DNA from: Chloroflexota bacterium
GTDB taxonomy: Bacteria; Chloroflexota; Limnocylindria; Limnocylindrales; CSP1-4
Assembly (NCBI GenBank): GCA_025935925.1
Contig: JAICUI010000003.1
Location: 13,018 to 77,017 of the forward strand
Direction: 5' to 3'
DNA: 64,000 bases
This document shows, piece by piece, positions 17,121 through 26,616 of this stretch. The position numbers were made by a program, and so were the translations under genes. The notes beneath the pieces were generated by a model, which saw only the letters and a program-made list of their open reading frames with translations, ran no database searches and was not told the DNA's origin. Numbering within the stretch: position 1 is the first letter of the stretch; each line of letters begins with the position of its first letter.

Positions 17121-20100
17121 TTACGCCGCGCCGAGGACCACGCGCTGCTCGGCCGTCCCGGCGAGCAGCCCCTCCACCGCGAGCTCGGGGAGCGGCCGCG
17201 AGAACCAGTAGCCCTGGCCACGGTCGCAGTCGAGCTCGCGCAGCGAGGCGAGCTGGGCGAGCGTCTCGATACCCTCCGCGACGACGTCGATCCCGAGCCC
17301 GTGGGCGAGCGAGACCACCGCCTGGATGATCGGCAGGTCGGCGGGATCGGAGCCCAGCCCCGAGACGAATGACCGGTCGACCTTGATCGTGTCCAGCGGC
17401 AGCCGCCGCAGGTAGCTCAGCGACGAGTATCCCGTTCCGAAGTCGTCCAGCACGAGCCTGACGCCGAGCGCCCGCAGCCCGCGCAGCCGCTCGATCGACG
17501 CCTCCGACTGGTCCATCACCACGCTCTCGGTGATCTCCAGCTCGAGCGAGCCCGGGGCGAGCCCTGCCTGGTCGAGGATCCTCGCGACGTCCCCGATCAG
17601 CCCTGACTCGGCGAACTGCCGCGCCGACAGGTTGACGCTGACGGCCAGCCGCGACGCCGACGGGAACCGCCGCTGCCAGCCCCGCACCGTGTGGCACGCG
17701 GTCTCGAGCACCCACCGCCCGATCGGCAGGATGAGCCCCGTCTCCTCGGCGAGCGGGATGAACGACAGCGGCGGCACGAGGCCGCGCGTCGGATGCTCCC
17801 AGCGCAGCAGCGCCTCGACACCCACGACGGTCCCCGACCCGAGCTCGACGAGCGGCTGGTAGTGGAGGCGCAGCTCGGAGCGCTCGAGCGCCCGCCGCAG
17901 GTCGTGCTCCATCGTCGCGCGGTCGAGCGTCTGGGCGTGCATCTCCGGATCGAACACGATGGACTTGCGGATCGGGTCCGCCTTCGCCCGGTGGAGCGCG
18001 ATCTCGGCCTGCTTCAGCAGCTCGAGCGGCTGGTGGACCGTCGCCGTCGCGGCCGCGATGCCGAGGCTGGCGCCGACGGAGACCTCCGTCCCGTCGAGGT
18101 CGAACGGGACGCCGATGGTCGCCTCGATGCGGGCGGCGACGCGTTCCGCCTCGCGCACGCTGCGGACGGGACCGAGCAGGATCCCGAACTCGTCGGACCC
18201 GAGCCGTGCCACGGTGTCGGTGGTCCGAGCCGCGCCCACGAGCCGCTGCGCGACCTGCGCGAGCAGGATGTCGCCCGCCGCGTGCCCCAGGCTCTCGTTG
18301 ACGACCTTGAACCGGTCGAGGTCGAGCAGCACCAGCGCGACCCGCCGCGCGCCGCCGCGACGCGGCTCCTGCTCGCGCGCGGCCGCCTCGATCTGCTCGG
18401 CGAGGCGATTGAGCAGCAGCGTCCGGTTCGGCAGCCCGGTCAGGTGATCGTGAAGGGCGGCGTGGGCGCGGCGCCGGACCTCGGTCTGCGCCCGCTCGAA
18501 CAGCCGCGCGTTGTCGAGCGCGATCGACGCCAGCTGCCCGAACCGCGCCAGCGCCTCGACCTCGCGCACCGAGAACGGCCGCGACGCGTCGCCCGACGCG
18601 AGGCCGATGACGCCGAGGACCTCGTCGCCCGAGGTCAGTGGCACCGCGCACATCGCGCCGAACCCGTCGGAGTGCGCGTCGTGGATCCGGTCCGCGTACT
18701 CCTGGTAGTCGTCGACGACGACCGGTTGCCCGGAGCGCACGACCTCCCACGTCACGCCCTTGCCGCGCGGCATGTGGTACCCGACGTAGCTCTCGAAGAC
18801 GCCCGTCCCGACGCGCGCGACGAGGTCCAGCGCGCCGTCCGACGCCTCGGGCCCCTCGAGCAGGTACAGGAAGCCGTGCTTCACGCCGACGAGGCCAGCG
18901 GCGCGCTCGACGATCTCGCCCAGCAGCTCCGCGGGCTCGAGCCGCTCGAGCATCCGGAGCGTCGTCTGGTCGACCGCCGCGAGGTACAGGTCGCGCGTCG
19001 GGTCGTCGTTCGGGAGCCGCACGCGGTTCGGCGGCTTCGCGAGGTACAGCGCCCGGTCGGCCGCCGAGACGAGCTCGTCCTTCTCGCGTCCGTCGTCCGG
19101 ATGGAGCGCGATGCCGGCGCTGACCGTCACGATCGGTCCCGTGCTCGCCGTCAGCGGCGCCACGGCGGCACGGACACGCTCCGCGACCTCCCGCGCGCCG
19201 GCGCCGTCGGTGTCGGGCAGCAGCACCGCGAACTCGTCGCCGCCGTAGCGGTACACCCGGTCTCCCTCGCGGATCGCCTCGCGCATCGCCGTGGCGATCC
19301 GCACGAGCAGGGCGTCGCCGGCCGGGTGGCCGTGGGTGTCGTTGTAGGCCTTGAACGCGTCGAGGTCGAGCATCACGAGCGCGAACGCCGTCCCGCGCTC
19401 GATGAGCGCCCCGAGCTCGCGCTGGAACGCGCCGTGGTTGCGGAGCCCGGTCAGCGCGTCGTGGTCCGCGAGGGTCACGACGGCGCCATGCGCCTCGGCG
19501 TTGCGGAGGGCGATGGACGCCTGCGCCGCGAACAGCTGCACGAGCTCGAACTCGTCGCGGTTGAAGTGCGATTCCTCGCCGCCCATCCGGGCGATGTTCA
19601 GGGTCCCGATGACCTCGCCCGCTACGAGCAGCGGGCACACGATCATCGACTCCGGCTCCTCCGGCGTCCCCGGGATGTTGATCGAGCGGGGGTCGACGTG
19701 GGCGTCGTTGGCCAGCACCGCCTCGGCGTTCCGGATCACCCAGCCCGTGATCCCGGCATCGAGCGGCCCCTCGTGCTGGAGGATCACGTCGGCGAACCGG
19801 TCGCGCGAGACGACGGCGCGCCTGACCATCGCCGCCCGGTCGACGCGGTAGATCGTCAGCGAGTCGTAGGCCACGACCGCCTTCAGCGAGTCGGCGATCA
19901 TCTCCAGCACGCCGCTCTGGTCCAGGGTCGCGAGCAGCCGCTCGTTGATCTCCAGCAGCCGGCGCTGGCTCTCGAGCCGGTGGCGCAGCTCGACCTGCTG
20001 GCTGTGCACCTGGCCGAAGGCCTCGGCGTTGATCATCGCCTGCGCCGCGTACCCGGCGAAGATCTCGAGCGTCCGCTGGTCGTCCTCGCTGTACTGGTCG

Positions 20101-21125
20101 AAGCCCGCCTTCGACACGACGATGGCGCCCAGGACGCGGGACTCGTACGCCATCGGCACGAGGAGCATGGATTCGGGGCCCCGGCTGCCGCCGACCTGGA
20201 GGCCTCGCCCGTCGGACCCGGCGTCCCCGAGCCGGATCGTGCGGTTGTGGAGCGCGACCCAGCCCGTCAGGCCCTCGCCGACCTTCACGCGGAGCATCTG
20301 GGCCGACGGCGTCCCGATGCCCATGAACTCGCCCTGGAACGCGATCGGCTCGCACCATTGGGTGGCCGGGTCGACGCGATAGACGCGGATCGTGTCGTGG
20401 CGGATCAGCCGGTCCGCCTCGGCGACGATCGCCTCGCCGATGCCCTGCACGTCCTGGATCCTGTTCAGGCGCGAGCTCAGCTCCTGGATCGCGCGGAGAC
20501 GCGCCGCGCCGTCGCGGACGGTGTTGAACAGGCGGGCATTCGCGACGGCGATCGCCATCTGGTTCGCGAAGGTGCGGACGAGCTCGAGCTCGTCGGGCGA
20601 CCAGTCGTACGGCGTGCGGTGGTAGAGCACGAGGAGGCCCATCGCCTCGTCCCGGAACAGCAGCGGGACGAAGTGGATCGTGCGGTACCCGTTGCGGGCG
20701 TAGACCTCCGCGAAGTGCGGCGCCGAGGCGGGGTCGTCGACGACGATGCTGCGGCGCTCCCGGATCGCGACGAGCCCGAGGACCGGCGAGTCGTGCGGGA
20801 TCTGGCCGACGGCGTCGACGAGCTCCTGCGGCAGGTCGTGGTGCGACGCCAGGCGGAACGGGAAGCGGTTGGGCGTGAGGAGCCACAGGCCCGCGGCGTC
20901 GGTGCCGAACAGCTGTCGGGTGGACTCGAGGACGTCGTCGAAGACCTCGTCGAGCTCGAGGTTCGCGCTGACCTCGGCGACGACCCGCCGGAGCGCCGCC
21001 GCCCGGACGTCCTCGGTCCGCGCGGCCTCGACGACGTCCCGTGGGCGTGCCGGGACCGCGCGGTCGGCGGGGCGCGCGGACGCGCCCTGCCGTCGGTTCC
21101 CGGTTCGGTTGTCGGCGAGCGTCAT
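17121..21125 (-). CDS. c-di-GMP signalling protein: GAF-GAF-GAF-GGDEF-GAF-GGDEF(GSDEF)-EAL
   Basis: Four GAF segments ending in A.IA..NA.; DLDAFKAYNDTHGH..REGD..RYGGDEF; second domain DLDRFKVVNESLGH..RLGSDEF; EALLRW and DDFGTGYSSL. Confidence 0.93.
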   Translation of the reverse strand: MTLADNRTGNRRQGASARPADRAVPARPRDVVEAARTEDVRAAALRRVVAEVSANLELDEVFDDVLESTRQLFGTDAAGLWLLTPNRFPFRLASHHDLPQELVDAVGQIPHDSPVLGLVAIRERRSIVVDDPASAPHFAEVYARNGYRTIHFVPLLFRDEAMGLLVLYHRTPYDWSPDELELVRTFANQMAIAVANARLFNTVRDGAARLRAIQELSSRLNRIQDVQGIGEAIVAEADRLIRHDTIRVYRVDPATQWCEPIAFQGEFMGIGTPSAQMLRVKVGEGLTGWVALHNRTIRLGDAGSDGRGLQVGGSRGPESMLLVPMAYESRVLGAIVVSKAGFDQYSEDDQRTLEIFAGYAAQAMINAEAFGQVHSQQVELRHRLESQRRLLEINERLLATLDQSGVLEMIADSLKAVVAYDSLTIYRVDRAAMVRRAVVSRDRFADVILQHEGPLDAGITGWVIRNAEAVLANDAHVDPRSINIPGTPEEPESMIVCPLLVAGEVIGTLNIARMGGEESHFNRDEFELVQLFAAQASIALRNAEAHGAVVTLADHDALTGLRNHGAFQRELGALIERGTAFALVMLDLDAFKAYNDTHGHPAGDALLVRIATAMREAIREGDRVYRYGGDEFAVLLPDTDGAGAREVAERVRAAVAPLTASTGPIVTVSAGIALHPDDGREKDELVSAADRALYLAKPPNRVRLPNDDPTRDLYLAAVDQTTLRMLERLEPAELLGEIVERAAGLVGVKHGFLYLLEGPEASDGALDLVARVGTGVFESYVGYHMPRGKGVTWEVVRSGQPVVVDDYQEYADRIHDAHSDGFGAMCAVPLTSGDEVLGVIGLASGDASRPFSVREVEALARFGQLASIALDNARLFERAQTEVRRRAHAALHDHLTGLPNRTLLLNRLAEQIEAAAREQEPRRGGARRVALVLLDLDRFKVVNESLGHAAGDILLAQVAQRLVGAARTTDTVARLGSDEFGILLGPVRSVREAERVAARIEATIGVPFDLDGTEVSVGASLGIAAATATVHQPLELLKQAEIALHRAKADPIRKSIVFDPEMHAQTLDRATMEHDLRRALERSELRLHYQPLVELGSGTVVGVEALLRWEHPTRGLVPPLSFIPLAEETGLILPIGRWVLETACHTVRGWQRRFPSASRLAVSVNLSARQFAESGLIGDVARILDQAGLAPGSLELEITESVVMDQSEASIERLRGLRALGVRLVLDDFGTGYSSLSYLRRLPLDTIKVDRSFVSGLGSDPADLPIIQAVVSLAHGLGIDVVAEGIETLAQLASLRELDCDRGQGYWFSRPLPELAVEGLLAGTAEQRVVLGAA

Positions 21126-21350
21126 GCAGGCCTTGTCGACGGGACGCCTCGCGGGCAACGGGGACCGCCCACGGCCGAGGTGTCACGCCGCACCGTACCG
21201 ATGGCCGGGGCGCGGAACGATAGTCCGGACGTACCCCCACGGCTGGGGACCCGTCTGGGGCGCCGGTCGGTGTCGCGTGCGCCGGGCCGCGGTTCGGCGC
21301 GAGAATGCGCGTGGGGGGTGCCGTGGCGGCACCGGCCAGGAGGCGTCGAG

Positions 21351-21953
21351 ATGCGGATCGCGATCATCGGGGCTGGCAACGTCGGCGGCGGGCTGGGCAA
21401 GGCGTTCACGGGGGCCGGGCACGACGTCGTGTTCGGCGTGCGTGACCCGGAGAGCACGAAGACGCTCTCGGCCCTCGCGGACATCCCGGCCGCGACCGCG
21501 GCCTCACCGTCGGAAGCCGTGGACGGCGCCGACGTCATCGTCTTCGCGCTCCGACCGGCGGCCATCAACGCGACGCTGGCCGACCTGCCGCCGCTCGACG
21601 GGCGGATCGTCATCGACGCGATGAACCGGTTCGACGGCGAGCCGGCGCGCTCCACCACCCAGGACCTCGCCGACCGTCTGCCGGGCGCGAAGCTCGCCAA
21701 GGCGTTCAACACGATCGGCTTCGAGAACCTGTCGACGGCGAGCCAGCGGGAAACGCGGGCGGCGATGTTCGTGGCCGGGGACGATCCGGACGCGAAGCGC
21801 GTGGCGATGCAGCTGGCATCCGAGATCGGGTTCCTGGCTGAGGACGCCGGTGGGCTCGCGAACGCGAAGCCGCTCGAGGAGATGGTCAAGGTCTGGCTCG
21901 CGCTCACGCAGGCCCACGGGCGAGGGATCGGGTTCGCGATCTCGCGGAGCTGA
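21351..21953 (+). CDS. NADPH-dependent F420 reductase-family oxidoreductase
   Basis: MRIAIIGAGNVGGGLG, IDAMN, KAFNTIG, VAGDDPDAK; AGGAGG RBS upstream. Confidence 0.85.
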   Translation: MRIAIIGAGNVGGGLGKAFTGAGHDVVFGVRDPESTKTLSALADIPAATAASPSEAVDGADVIVFALRPAAINATLADLPPLDGRIVIDAMNRFDGEPARSTTQDLADRLPGAKLAKAFNTIGFENLSTASQRETRAAMFVAGDDPDAKRVAMQLASEIGFLAEDAGGLANAKPLEEMVKVWLALTQAHGRGIGFAISRS

Positions 21954-22114
21954 CGCCGCGGCCGATTCCCGGCGCCTCGCGACGCTGAGTCGCTGAAACC
22001 GCCGTCTCGCCTGCCTGATCACGCGTCTCGGCGACTCACGGTCGCGATGACGGGCCGGGAGCCAGAGTTCCCGAGCTGAACGACGTGCCGTTGTGGCGCC
22101 ACGAGGCGAATCAG

Positions 22115-22174
22115 CGACCCTGCGTCGCTCGCGCCACGGGGCGACTCACCGACCCTGCGTCCCTCGCGCCACGG
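22115..22174. repeat. 25-bp direct repeat CGACCCTGCGTC(G/C)CTCGCGCCACGG x2, 35-bp period
   Basis: 24/25 identical, directly upstream of the suf promoter. Confidence 0.75.
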
Positions 22175-22188
22175 CGCGTCCGCCCTCG

Positions 22189-22243
22189 TTGACGCTGTCC
22201 CGAGGCGGGCCCTACACTAATCCCGACGAACAAGGTCGGAATT
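22189..22243 (+). promoter_or_regulatory. sigma70-type promoter (TTGACG-N18-TACACT) plus an IscR-like 25-bp operator AATCCCGACGAACAAGGTCGGAATT
   Basis: -35 at 22189-22194, -10 at 22213-22218; palindrome CCGAC-N7-GTCGG at 22219-22243. Confidence 0.7.
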
Positions 22244-22278
22244 GACTCGGCCCGTTCGATCCCGGGAGACCCACTCGC

Positions 22279-22824
22279 TTGCCGCAGCGATCGACGTTCC
22301 ATGGCTCCGGCGCCCTCGCCTTCAGCACGAAGGGCGAGTACGGCGTGCGGCTCATGGTGCAGCTCGGCCGCCGGTACGGGCACGGTCCCGCGAGCCTCGC
22401 CGAGATCGCGACCGACGAGGACCTGCCGCGGGCCTACCTCGAGCAGCTCGTCACGAGCCTGCGCGATGCCGGCCTCGTCCACTCGACGCGCGGCGCCAGG
22501 GGTGGCTACGAGCTTGCCCTCCCGCCCGACCAGATCCGGATGGGCGAGGTCCTCCGAGCCCTCGAGGGGCCGCTCGCTCCGATGATCTGCGCCACCGAGG
22601 AGCCGGACCACGCACTGTGCGACCGCTCCGCCCGGTGCACGGTGAACATCCTCTGGATCCGGGTCCGCGATGCGATCGCGGGCACGCTCGACGCCATGAC
22701 CCTTGCGGACCTCGTGCCGGTCCGCCACGTCCCCATCGATCCCCGACTCGCCACGGTCGCCGCGCCCGGCGCGGGCAGCCGCGAGGCCGAGACCGGAGCC
22801 ACCCTCGCAGGAGCCACTTCGTGA
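22279..22824 (+). CDS. Rrf2-family transcriptional regulator with 3 Cys (IscR-like, probable Fe-S sensor)
   Basis: FSTKGEYGVR; STRGARGGYEL; C-x9-C-x5-C. Start codon uncertain. Confidence 0.9.
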   Translation: MPQRSTFHGSGALAFSTKGEYGVRLMVQLGRRYGHGPASLAEIATDEDLPRAYLEQLVTSLRDAGLVHSTRGARGGYELALPPDQIRMGEVLRALEGPLAPMICATEEPDHALCDRSARCTVNILWIRVRDAIAGTLDAMTLADLVPVRHVPIDPRLATVAAPGAGSREAETGATLAGATS

Positions 22825-23702
22825 CCGACGCCAACGACCGCGAGCTCGTCATCCGCGACCTGCGGGTGGCGCCCGCCGCCAACCCCGAGCACGAGATCCT
22901 CAAGGGGATCGACCTCACGATCCGCAAGGGCGAGACCCACGCGATCATGGGGCCCAACGGCTCGGGCAAGACGACGTTGAGCTACGCCCTCATGGGTCAC
23001 CCGGCGTACGTCGTCACGAGCGGCGAGGTCCTGTGGAAGGGCCGCAACCTCCTGACGCTCAGCGCCGACAAGCGCGCGCGCCTCGGGCTGTTCCTGGCGT
23101 TCCAGTACCCGACCGCCATCCCCGGCCTGAGCGTCGCGAGCTTCATCCGCTCCGCGCTCAACGCGAAGCTCCAGGGTCTCGACAAGAACCCCGACGTCGA
23201 CCCGACGGACGCGACCCGCGGCGGCATCTCGATGCTCGACTTCCGTCGCCGCATGCGCGAGAAGATGGCGCTCCTCCGCATGGAGGACAGCTTCGCCACC
23301 CGTTACGTCAACGAGGGCTTCTCCGGCGGCGAGAAGAAGCGGCTCGAGATGCTCCAGATGGCGATGCTGGAGCCCGAGTTCGCGATCCTCGACGAGACGG
23401 ACAGCGGGCTCGACATCGACGCCCTGCGGATCGTCGCGGAGGGCGTGAACGCGCAGCTCAACCCGAACATGGGCGTGCTGCTCATCACGCACTACCAGCG
23501 GCTGCTCAACTACATCACGCCGGACACCGTCCACGTCCTGGCCGCCGGGCGCATCGTCACCAGCGGCGGCAAGGACCTCGCGCTCCGGCTCGAGGAGGAG
23601 GGCTACGGCCCGATCCTCCGCGACGCGGGCATCGAGGCCGCCGCCTCCGAGGCCGATCTCGCCGTGCCGCAGGCACCCGAGGCGGCCGTCGCCGCGCGCT
23701 AG
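22821..23702 (+). CDS. sufC: Fe-S cluster assembly ATPase SufC
   Basis: HAIMGPNGSGKTT; LFLAFQYP; VNEGFSGGEKKR; ILDETDSGLDIDAL; ITHYQRLL. Confidence 0.95.
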   Translation: MTDANDRELVIRDLRVAPAANPEHEILKGIDLTIRKGETHAIMGPNGSGKTTLSYALMGHPAYVVTSGEVLWKGRNLLTLSADKRARLGLFLAFQYPTAIPGLSVASFIRSALNAKLQGLDKNPDVDPTDATRGGISMLDFRRRMREKMALLRMEDSFATRYVNEGFSGGEKKRLEMLQMAMLEPEFAILDETDSGLDIDALRIVAEGVNAQLNPNMGVLLITHYQRLLNYITPDTVHVLAAGRIVTSGGKDLALRLEEEGYGPILRDAGIEAAASEADLAVPQAPEAAVAAR

Positions 23703-23718
23703 GAACGGGGACCGAACG

Positions 23719-25005
23719 ATGACCACGATCGAGGAGCGCCCGGTGGCGACCGAGACGGAGGCGCCCGCCCGTGCGCCGCTCGACGCCGCGGCGATCCGTG
23801 CCGACTTCCCGATCCTCGACCAGTCGGTCAACGGCCACCGGCTCGTCTATCTCGACTCCGCGGCGACCTCGCAGAAGCCGCGGGCCGTCATCGACGCGCT
23901 CGACGCCTACTACCGCCAGGACAACGCGAACGTCCACCGCGGGATCTACGCGCTCAGCGAGCGGGCGACCGCCGGGTACGAGGGCGCGAGGGTCAAGGTC
24001 GCGAAGCTGCTCAACGTCAACGACCCCCACGAGATCATCTGGACCCGCAACGCGACGGAGTCGATCAACCTCGTCGCGTACAGCTGGGGCCGCAAGCACA
24101 TCTCGCGCGGCGACGTGATCGTGCTCACGGAGATGGAGCACCACGCCAACCTCGTCCCGTGGCAGCTCCTGGCGCAGGAGAAGGACGCGGACCTCGAGTT
24201 CATCCCGATCACCGACGACGGCGTCCTGCGCCAGGACGTGTTCGACGTCCTGCTGCGCCTCAAGCCCAAGCTCGTCGCCTTCACCCACGTGTCCAACACG
24301 CTCGGGACGATCAACCCGGTCGAGGACATGACGCGCCGGGCCCACGAAGCGGGCGCGCTGGTGCTCATCGACGGTGCCCAGGCGGTCCCGCACCTGCCGG
24401 TCGACGTCCAGGCGATCGGCGCGGACTTCTACGCGTTCAGCGGCCACAAGGCGCTGGGCCCGACGGGCTCGGGCGTCCTCTGGGCGCGGCGCGAGCTGCT
24501 CGAGGCGATGCCGCCGTTCATGGGCGGCGGGGACATGATCCGCGAGGTCCACCTGCGCCGGTCCGACTGGAACGACATCCCGTGGAAGTTCGAGGCCGGG
24601 ACGCCCGACATCGCGGCGCAGATCGGGCTCGGGGTGGCCGCGGACTACCTGCGCGATCTCGGGATGGACCGGCTTCGCGACCACGAGCGCGACCTCGTCG
24701 GCTACGCGCTCGACGTCCTGCCGCGCGAGGTCCCCGGGATCGACCTGTACGGTCCGATGGATCCCGAGATCCGCGGCGGCGTCGTCCCGTTCAACATCCC
24801 GGGCGTCCATCCCCACGACGCGGCCCAGGTGCTGGACCGGTTCGGGGTCGCGGTCCGCGCCGGCCACCATTGCACGATGCCGCTCCACGAACGGCTGGAC
24901 CTCGGCGCCACCGCGCGCGCGTCGTTCCAGTGCTACACCACTCGCGACGACATCGACGCGCTGGCGAACGGCCTCAAGGAGGTCCAGCGCCTGTTCGGCG
25001 TCTGA
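23719..25005 (+). CDS. sufS: Cysteine desulfurase SufS
   Basis: YLDSAATSQKP; NANVHRG; SGHK (PLP Lys); KFEAGTP; RAGHHC (catalytic Cys, group II). Confidence 0.95.
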   Translation: MTTIEERPVATETEAPARAPLDAAAIRADFPILDQSVNGHRLVYLDSAATSQKPRAVIDALDAYYRQDNANVHRGIYALSERATAGYEGARVKVAKLLNVNDPHEIIWTRNATESINLVAYSWGRKHISRGDVIVLTEMEHHANLVPWQLLAQEKDADLEFIPITDDGVLRQDVFDVLLRLKPKLVAFTHVSNTLGTINPVEDMTRRAHEAGALVLIDGAQAVPHLPVDVQAIGADFYAFSGHKALGPTGSGVLWARRELLEAMPPFMGGGDMIREVHLRRSDWNDIPWKFEAGTPDIAAQIGLGVAADYLRDLGMDRLRDHERDLVGYALDVLPREVPGIDLYGPMDPEIRGGVVPFNIPGVHPHDAAQVLDRFGVAVRAGHHCTMPLHERLDLGATARASFQCYTTRDDIDALANGLKEVQRLFGV

Positions 25006-25023
25006 CCCGCTCCCGAAGGACCC

Positions 25024-25419
25024 ATGGACGATCTCTACCGCGACTACATCCTCGAGCACTACCGGCGGCCGCACAACTTCGGCGTCCTCGAAACCCCCAC
25101 GGCCACCTATGAGGGGTCGAACCCGCTGTGCGGTGACCGGATCACGATGCAGCTCGACGTCGAGGACGGCGTCGTGCGCGAGGTCGGCTTCACGGGGCGC
25201 GGCTGTGCGATCAGCCAGGCGTCGGCCTCGCTGCTGACCGACGAGATCAAGGGCAAGCCGCTGGCCGACGTGTCGTCGTTCGCGGCGACGGACGTCCTCG
25301 ACCTGCTGGGGATCGAGATCAGCCCGGCCCGCCTCAAGTGCGCGATGCTGTCGTTCGACGCGCTCCAGCACCTGCTCGACGAGCTGGGCGCGAAGCCGCT
25401 GGCGAACGACCCCGCCTAG
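25024..25419 (+). CDS. sufU: SufU/IscU-family sulfur-transfer or scaffold protein
   Basis: NPLCGD, GCAISQAS, RLKCA. Confidence 0.9.
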   Translation: MDDLYRDYILEHYRRPHNFGVLETPTATYEGSNPLCGDRITMQLDVEDGVVREVGFTGRGCAISQASASLLTDEIKGKPLADVSSFAATDVLDLLGIEISPARLKCAMLSFDALQHLLDELGAKPLANDPA

Positions 25420-25440
25420 CCCAGCCCGGGAGGGCCTCTG

Positions 25441-26616
25441 GTGCCCGAGTCGTCCGAGGAGATCACCACGGCCGAGGCGGCCGATCGTCTGCGCGCCGGC
25501 GGCGTCACGCTCGTCGACGTGCGCGAGCAGCACGAATGGGACGCGGGGCACCTCGACGCGGCCGTCCTCGTGCCGAAGAGCCGGCTCGCGTCGTCGATCG
25601 AGGACGCCGTCCCCGATCGCTCCGCGCCCCTGATCCTGTACTGCGGCGTGGGCCAGCGGTCGCTGGTCGCGACGCGCGCCCTCAAGTCGATGGGCTACGC
25701 CGACGTCGTGTCGATGGCCGGCGGGATCGAGGCGTGGCGGCGCGAGGGCCGCCCCGTGGCGGAACCCGGCGGATTGACGCACGACCAGCGCCAGCGCTAC
25801 AGCCGGCACCTCCTGATCCCCGAGGTCGGGCCCGAGGGCCAGGCGCGGCTCCTCGCGTCGAAGGTGCTGCTCGTCGGGGCGGGCGGGCTCGGGTCGCCGG
25901 CGGCGCTGTACCTCGCCGCGGCCGGCGTCGGGACGCTCGGGATCGTCGACTTCGACGTCGTCGACGCCTCGAACCTCCAGCGCCAGGTGCTCCACGCGAC
26001 GGATCGGGTCGGGATGCGCAAGACGGTCTCGGCCGCGCAGACGATCGGCGCCCTGAACCCGGATGTCACGGTCGTCCAGCACGACGAGATGCTGGTCGCC
26101 GACAACGTCGCGCGGCTGATCGAGGGCTACGACGTGGTGCTCGACGGGACGGACACGTTCGAGACGCGCTACCTCCTCAACGACGCCGCAGTGATCGCCG
26201 GGATCCCCGTCGTCCACGCCTCGGTGTTCCGGTTCGAAGGCCAGCTGACCGTCTTCGACCCGCCCGACGGGCCGTGCTACCGCTGCCTCTACCCGACGCC
26301 GCCGCCGCCGGAGCTCGCGCCCGGCTGCTCGGTCGCCGGGGTCCTCGGGGTCGTGCCCGGGATCATGGGCCTCCTCCAATCGAACGAGGTGCTCAAGCTC
26401 CTGCTCGGCATCGGCGACACGCTGGCGGGCAGGCTCGTGCTGTTCGACGCCCTCGCGGGCGAGTTCACCGAGCTTCGCCTCCGCCGCGATCCGGCCTGTC
26501 CCGTCTGTTCCGACGCGGCCGTGGAAGCGCGCGAGGCCGGCACCCCGCTCCCGTTGCCGGTGCCGTCGCCCGCCGACGACGCGGTCTTCACGCTCGGGAC
26601 TGCCCGGCCCGCATGA
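25441..26616 (+). CDS. moeB: Rhodanese-MoeB/ThiF (E1-like) fusion with the rhodanese at the N-terminus
   Basis: DVRE..EW..GH; LYCGVGQRS; RYSRHL; GAGGLGSP; SNLQRQ; CYRC and CPVC Zn sites. Confidence 0.92.
   Translation: MPESSEEITTAEAADRLRAGGVTLVDVREQHEWDAGHLDAAVLVPKSRLASSIEDAVPDRSAPLILYCGVGQRSLVATRALKSMGYADVVSMAGGIEAWRREGRPVAEPGGLTHDQRQRYSRHLLIPEVGPEGQARLLASKVLLVGAGGLGSPAALYLAAAGVGTLGIVDFDVVDASNLQRQVLHATDRVGMRKTVSAAQTIGALNPDVTVVQHDEMLVADNVARLIEGYDVVLDGTDTFETRYLLNDAAVIAGIPVVHASVFRFEGQLTVFDPPDGPCYRCLYPTPPPPELAPGCSVAGVLGVVPGIMGLLQSNEVLKLLLGIGDTLAGRLVLFDALAGEFTELRLRRDPACPVCSDAAVEAREAGTPLPLPVPSPADDAVFTLGTARPA

Noticed and set aside
21126-21350. c-di-GMP riboswitch upstream of the GGDEF/EAL gene
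   Set aside because: No GGCAAAC/GCAAAG or GEMM-II signature seen on either strand.
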